From Chloroflexota bacterium (lineage in GTDB: Bacteria > Chloroflexota > Anaerolineae > JACRMK01): DNA of 64,000 nt. Below, in pieces: positions 60,151 to 64,000 of the stretch (position 1 is the first letter of the stretch; every line of letters begins with the position of its first letter). The notes below the pieces were generated by a model. That model made no database searches. It saw only the letters and a program-made list of their open reading frames with translations, and was not told the DNA's origin. The stretch spans positions 23,359-87,358 of the forward strand of contig JACRMK010000056.1 of assembly GCA_016235055.1 (NCBI GenBank), given 5' to 3'. The position numbers and the translations under genes are program-made.

Positions 60151-60969
60151 TCATAATACCTCGCCGAAATTGCGGCTCAAGCGCCGGAAGATCCCGTAGC
60201 CGATCAGCAGGCAGCCCAGCGCCGTAACGATCGTCCGGGCCAGGAACGCCATATCGGGAGACGCCCCATTGTAGATGATGACGCGATAGGACGCCACCAA
60301 CGACGCCATCGGGTTCAGGATGTACGCCAGGCGCTGTACGGGCACGTCGTAGCCAAACATCTCCTTGGTCACCGGAATGAAGTCGGTCGAGTAGACGACG
60401 GGCGTCAGGAAGAACCACGCCAGCATCAGCACGTCCATGACCATGGCGGTATCGCGGTAGTAGACGTTGACCGCCGACAGCAGGAACGCCAGGCCGAGGA
60501 TGAAGACAAACTGGATGAGTATGACGAGCGGCAGGTATAGCAGCCACCAGGTGGGCGGCGTGCCGAAGTAGAGCATCAAGCCCAGCAGCACGACAAGCGC
60601 CAGCAGGAAGTGCACCAGGTTGGACAGCACCACCGAAATCGGCAGCACCTCGCGGGGGAAGTAGACTTTCTTAACGAGCGACGCGCCGTTGAGAACGCTG
60701 TACGTCGACGCCATCACCGAACCCGAGAACCAGTTCCACGGCAGGATGCCGCACATGACGAAGAGCGGAAAGCGGTCGATGGCGTTGTTGGGGATCAGGA
60801 TGGTGAATACCACCGTGAACACGACCATCATGCCCAGCGGGTTCAGCATCGACCAGACGATGCCGAGCGCCGAGTTCTTGTAGCGCACCTTCAGGTCGCG
60901 CGCCACAAAGTTGCGTATCAGATCGCGATAGCCGAAAAGGCCGGCGAAATCATGCAAGGCATTGAGCAT
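60151..60969 (-). CDS. ABC-2 polysaccharide export permease (Wzm)
   Basis: RDLKVRYK.S.LG..WS.LNPL, KKVYFPRE, RD, FFLTPVVY, NPM. Confidence 0.93.
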   Translation of the reverse strand: MLNALHDFAGLFGYRDLIRNFVARDLKVRYKNSALGIVWSMLNPLGMMVVFTVVFTILIPNNAIDRFPLFVMCGILPWNWFSGSVMASTYSVLNGASLVKKVYFPREVLPISVVLSNLVHFLLALVVLLGLMLYFGTPPTWWLLYLPLVILIQFVFILGLAFLLSAVNVYYRDTAMVMDVLMLAWFFLTPVVYSTDFIPVTKEMFGYDVPVQRLAYILNPMASLVASYRVIIYNGASPDMAFLARTIVTALGCLLIGYGIFRRLSRNFGEVL

Positions 60970-62143
60970 ACACGTCAACAATTCGTTGGCCCGCCTGTTG
61001 CCACGTGAAATGTGAGGCCACCCGCTCGCGCAAGGCCGCGCCCAGCGCGATGCAGCGCGGCCCGTCGTCGAGCAGCGCCGACAGCGTCCGCGCCAGTTGC
61101 ATTACGTCGCCCGGCTCGGCATACACGCCCCACGCGTCCAGATATTCGCGCGCCACTTCGGTATCGAATGCCACGGTCGGCAGCGCCATGGACATATAGT
61201 TCAATACCTTGCCGAGTCCCTCGGTGGCCGAGAGCTTGGGCGCCACCGCCACATCACCCAGCGCAAGGTGGCGCGGCGCATCGAGGTAGTTGATCTTGCC
61301 CGTGAATGTGCAGAACCTATCGACGCCAAGCTGCTGTGCTCGCGCACGATAGACATCGACGCCGGGGTAGCCCATGATCAGGAAGTGCACGTCGCAACGC
61401 GTGCGGGTGATTTCTGCGGCCGTCTGCAGCAGCAACTCCGTGCCCTGGTACGGTGCCAGCAGTCCCAGGTACACCACCACCTTATGATGCGCCGGGATGC
61501 CCAGACGCGCCTTGAGCGCCGCGCGCTCGTCGGCGCTGATCACCCCCGGACTAAAGAAATCGGGGTTGACGCCATCCGGCACGACCGTGATCGACTTCGC
61601 GCGGCAGCCATACGCTTCCCGCAATAGCCGCACGGCGCGCTGCGACGACGCAATCAATGCGTTGGGCGCATTGTTGATCATGGTCTCCAGCCGCCGCGCC
61701 GGGCCATACAGAACGCCCCGGGGATTGAGGAAGCGATGATCGACCATCTCGCTCGTCAGGCTGCCCTGGAAATCGAAGACCAGCGGAATCCGCAGCAGGC
61801 CGTGCACCGGCAAACTGACCAGCGCGCCCTCGTGCATGTGCGCGTGGATGATGTCGGGCCGTTCGCTCAGCGCCACCTGCATGAGCTTGATGCCCAGCAG
61901 GGCGTCAAACGCGACTTTGTGGCGAGACGAGCCAACCTCCGCGTCGCTGCGCCAGGGCACGCGCAGCGTCCGCTCGATCGGCAGGCCGTTCCAGGCCCCA
62001 CCGGTATGGTAGGTCACGACCTTGACGCGGTGCCCCAGCAGCTTCAGCGCATCGGCTTCCTCGGCGATGCGGATGTGGCCGCCATACGACGAAAAGAACG
62101 ACGTCGGCGCCACCATCAGCACATTCAGACTGCGCCCCGTCAA
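60950..62143 (-). CDS. GT4 glycosyltransferase
   Basis: APTSFF..YGGH.RI.EE, HAH.HEG, YLG.L..YQG, EG.GK..NYM. TTG start overlaps the upstream TGA. Confidence 0.9.
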   Translation of the reverse strand: MTGRSLNVLMVAPTSFFSSYGGHIRIAEEADALKLLGHRVKVVTYHTGGAWNGLPIERTLRVPWRSDAEVGSSRHKVAFDALLGIKLMQVALSERPDIIHAHMHEGALVSLPVHGLLRIPLVFDFQGSLTSEMVDHRFLNPRGVLYGPARRLETMINNAPNALIASSQRAVRLLREAYGCRAKSITVVPDGVNPDFFSPGVISADERAALKARLGIPAHHKVVVYLGLLAPYQGTELLLQTAAEITRTRCDVHFLIMGYPGVDVYRARAQQLGVDRFCTFTGKINYLDAPRHLALGDVAVAPKLSATEGLGKVLNYMSMALPTVAFDTEVAREYLDAWGVYAEPGDVMQLARTLSALLDDGPRCIALGAALRERVASHFTWQQAGQRIVDVYAQCLA

Positions 62144-62841
62144 TGCGTCTCCTTGAACCATAGCTGCCAGCGCAGCCGAGCCAGCTCCCGGAAAGCGCGC
62201 ACGATCACGTCGGGCCGCGCGCCGGTCTGGCTGCCGGCCTGCCGCGGCCGGTGGGTGACCGGCGCTTCGACGATCGTATAGCCGGCGCGCTTGGCCCGGA
62301 TCAGGAATTCGGCGCTGAACGTCGCGCCGCGCGACGCCAGGTTGATATGCTGCAGGATATCCCGCTTGAACAGCTTGAACGCGCAGTCGATGTCGCGGCA
62401 CATATAGCCGAACAGCAGCGTCACCAGCGCGCTCCAACCGACGCCGTTCAGCACGCGCATGAACGGATCGCGCCGCGGCGCGCGGAATCCGGCGACCAGG
62501 TCGCCCTGCCCGATCAACGGTACCAAGCGGTGCAGGTCGGTCAGGTCGAACTGGCGGTCGGAATCGGTCAGGAAGACCACGTCCTTGGTGGCCGCGTAGA
62601 AACCGGTATACAGGGCCGCGCCGTACCCCAGATTCTTCGGGTGCTCCAGCAAACGCACCTGCGGGTATTCGGCCTGCAGTTGCCGGCCAATTTCGCCGGT
62701 GCGGTCGCGACTGCCGTCGTTGACGACGATGACCTCGTAATCCGTCGTGAGGGCGCCAACCACCCGGACTACGTCGACGACCTGGGGTCGGATATTCGCT
62801 TCTTCATTGTATGCCGGCATCACGGCGGAAATGCTGTACAC
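62140..62841 (-). CDS. GT2 glycosyltransferase (polyprenol-phosphate sugar synthase-like)
   Basis: PAYNEE, VNDGS.D, N.GYG, DSD.QFD, DIDCAFKL. Confidence 0.93.
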   Translation of the reverse strand: MYSISAVMPAYNEEANIRPQVVDVVRVVGALTTDYEVIVVNDGSRDRTGEIGRQLQAEYPQVRLLEHPKNLGYGAALYTGFYAATKDVVFLTDSDRQFDLTDLHRLVPLIGQGDLVAGFRAPRRDPFMRVLNGVGWSALVTLLFGYMCRDIDCAFKLFKRDILQHINLASRGATFSAEFLIRAKRAGYTIVEAPVTHRPRQAGSQTGARPDVIVRAFRELARLRWQLWFKETH

Positions 62842-62868
62842 GCAGCCTCCGGTTGGAGTGTGTCAAAG

Positions 62869-63858
62869 CTACTTCTTACCGGCCTGCTTTGTCTTGTCGC
62901 TCAAGCGGCGGCCCAGGAACATCTCCTGGAAGGAGAACGAACCGGATTGGCGGACGGCGTCCGATTGAGAGGCCTGGTCGTTGTCCACATACGGCTTGGA
63001 GACGACGCTGCGCGTCACATAGCCGTCGCCGATCATCTCCTCGATCTTCTTGGGGTCGCCCTCCTGCACCAGCGCGTCGATGGCCGTCAACTCCTCCTGC
63101 AATACGCCAATCCAGCGGCTGATCGCTTCCTTGTTCGTCAGGCACAGATCGCGATAGGTGCGCAAGTCGGTCGACGAAAAGCTCGTGGCGCGCCGGAATG
63201 TCGGACCGATCATGCGATGCATGTCAGCCTTGACTTTGATCGGGGCGCCCTTGGTGGCGACCATACGCAACAGCGCCAGCGACAACATGGCGGGCAACTG
63301 GTCGGCCGCGCCGGCGTAGCCATCATGCTCGTGCGGATCGACGAAGTAAGGCGTGGCGCCAAGCAGTTCGACCAGGCCGACCACCAGCCGCACGGCCTCG
63401 TTGGGCGCATCGGGCGACGGCGTCAGGCAGTACGTCGCGCCCTGGAACAGCTTCGCGCTTGGCGTCGACTTGTCGTCCAGCGGCCCCACAATCGGGTCGC
63501 CGCCCACAAACGGCACGTGCGCCGGGAGCAGGTCTTTGGCCCAGGCCATCACCTCGGCCTTGGCGCCCGACGTATCGGTCACGACCTGCGTCTTCTGCAG
63601 GTACGGGCCCACCACCGTCAAGATCTCCTTCACCGCCGCCACGGGCGTGGCGATGACCAGCACATCGGCGCTCTCGCATGCGCTGATCAGGTTCCACTCG
63701 GACTTCTCAATCGCGCCGAGCTTCAGCGCCTGCTTCACCGCGTCGCTGTTCGAATCATGCCCGACGATTTCCAGCTCCGGTCGCGCGGCGCGCAGCGCCA
63801 GCCCGAGCGAAGCCCCAACCAGCCCGGTGCCGACAATCGTAATGCGTGGCTTGGCCAT
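62869..63858 (-). CDS. Prephenate/arogenate dehydrogenase (TyrA) family protein, divergent
   Basis: IVGTGLVGAS, VIATP, TD.SG.K, LF.GA, HD. Catalytic motifs are altered. Confidence 0.85.
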   Translation of the reverse strand: MAKPRITIVGTGLVGASLGLALRAARPELEIVGHDSNSDAVKQALKLGAIEKSEWNLISACESADVLVIATPVAAVKEILTVVGPYLQKTQVVTDTSGAKAEVMAWAKDLLPAHVPFVGGDPIVGPLDDKSTPSAKLFQGATYCLTPSPDAPNEAVRLVVGLVELLGATPYFVDPHEHDGYAGAADQLPAMLSLALLRMVATKGAPIKVKADMHRMIGPTFRRATSFSSTDLRTYRDLCLTNKEAISRWIGVLQEELTAIDALVQEGDPKKIEEMIGDGYVTRSVVSKPYVDNDQASQSDAVRQSGSFSFQEMFLGRRLSDKTKQAGKK

Positions 63859-63885
63859 AGTAGCTGATTCCTCTAATTCAAATTT

Positions 63886-64000
63886 TCAATCTTCGTCTAC
63901 GGCATGCAGCGCGCGCAGGCGGCGCTCTGCCGGCGGCGGTATGTGCGGCCCGTCCGGCACCTGGTGATGCCGGATCAGCGCGACGACATCATCCGTGCAG
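63886..64000 (-). CDS. C-terminus of a probable HD-domain protein, truncated by the window edge
   Basis: ...CTDDVVALIRHHQ...LRALHAVDED*. The IxxHH...D pattern is typical of HD-domain ends. Confidence 0.55.
   Translation of the reverse strand, partial: CTDDVVALIRHHQVPDGPHIPPPAERRLRALHAVDED

Overview
High-GC bacterial chromosomal window. The gene content suggests Chloroflexota, probably Anaerolineae-like (inferred from the GT-C proteins with Ig-like C-termini, the LysM-lamin-tail protein, DUF4446 and rplS-rnhB-yraN-miaA synteny). It holds about 60 CDS and one tRNA-Gly(CCC). Housekeeping genes include mutL, ychF, rplS, rnhB, miaA, HU, ruvC, yebC and rdgB. Other blocks are a nucleoside/purine uptake and catabolism region (deaminase, BMP-type ABC transporter, YgeY-like hydrolase and an ATCase paralog lacking its aspartate-binding residues) and a surface-glycan locus (heptose kinase, LbH acyltransferase, GT2, B12 radical SAM, O-antigen-ligase/TPR protein, SxtJ/SxtI/SxtK-like carbamoylation trio, epimerase, anchored BNR protein). 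A second glycan block (GT2, GT4, Wzm, GmhA) and an aldehyde:ferredoxin oxidoreductase are also present. The main non-coding signal is a set of at least seven miniature inverted-repeat elements with five different terminal-repeat types (9-bp, 10-bp, TA or AAT target duplications). All carry REP-like hairpin cargo, and the same cargo occurs inside unrelated shells. No transposase, integrase, prophage, rRNA or CRISPR array was seen. All calls come from reading the sequence by eye; no searches were run.
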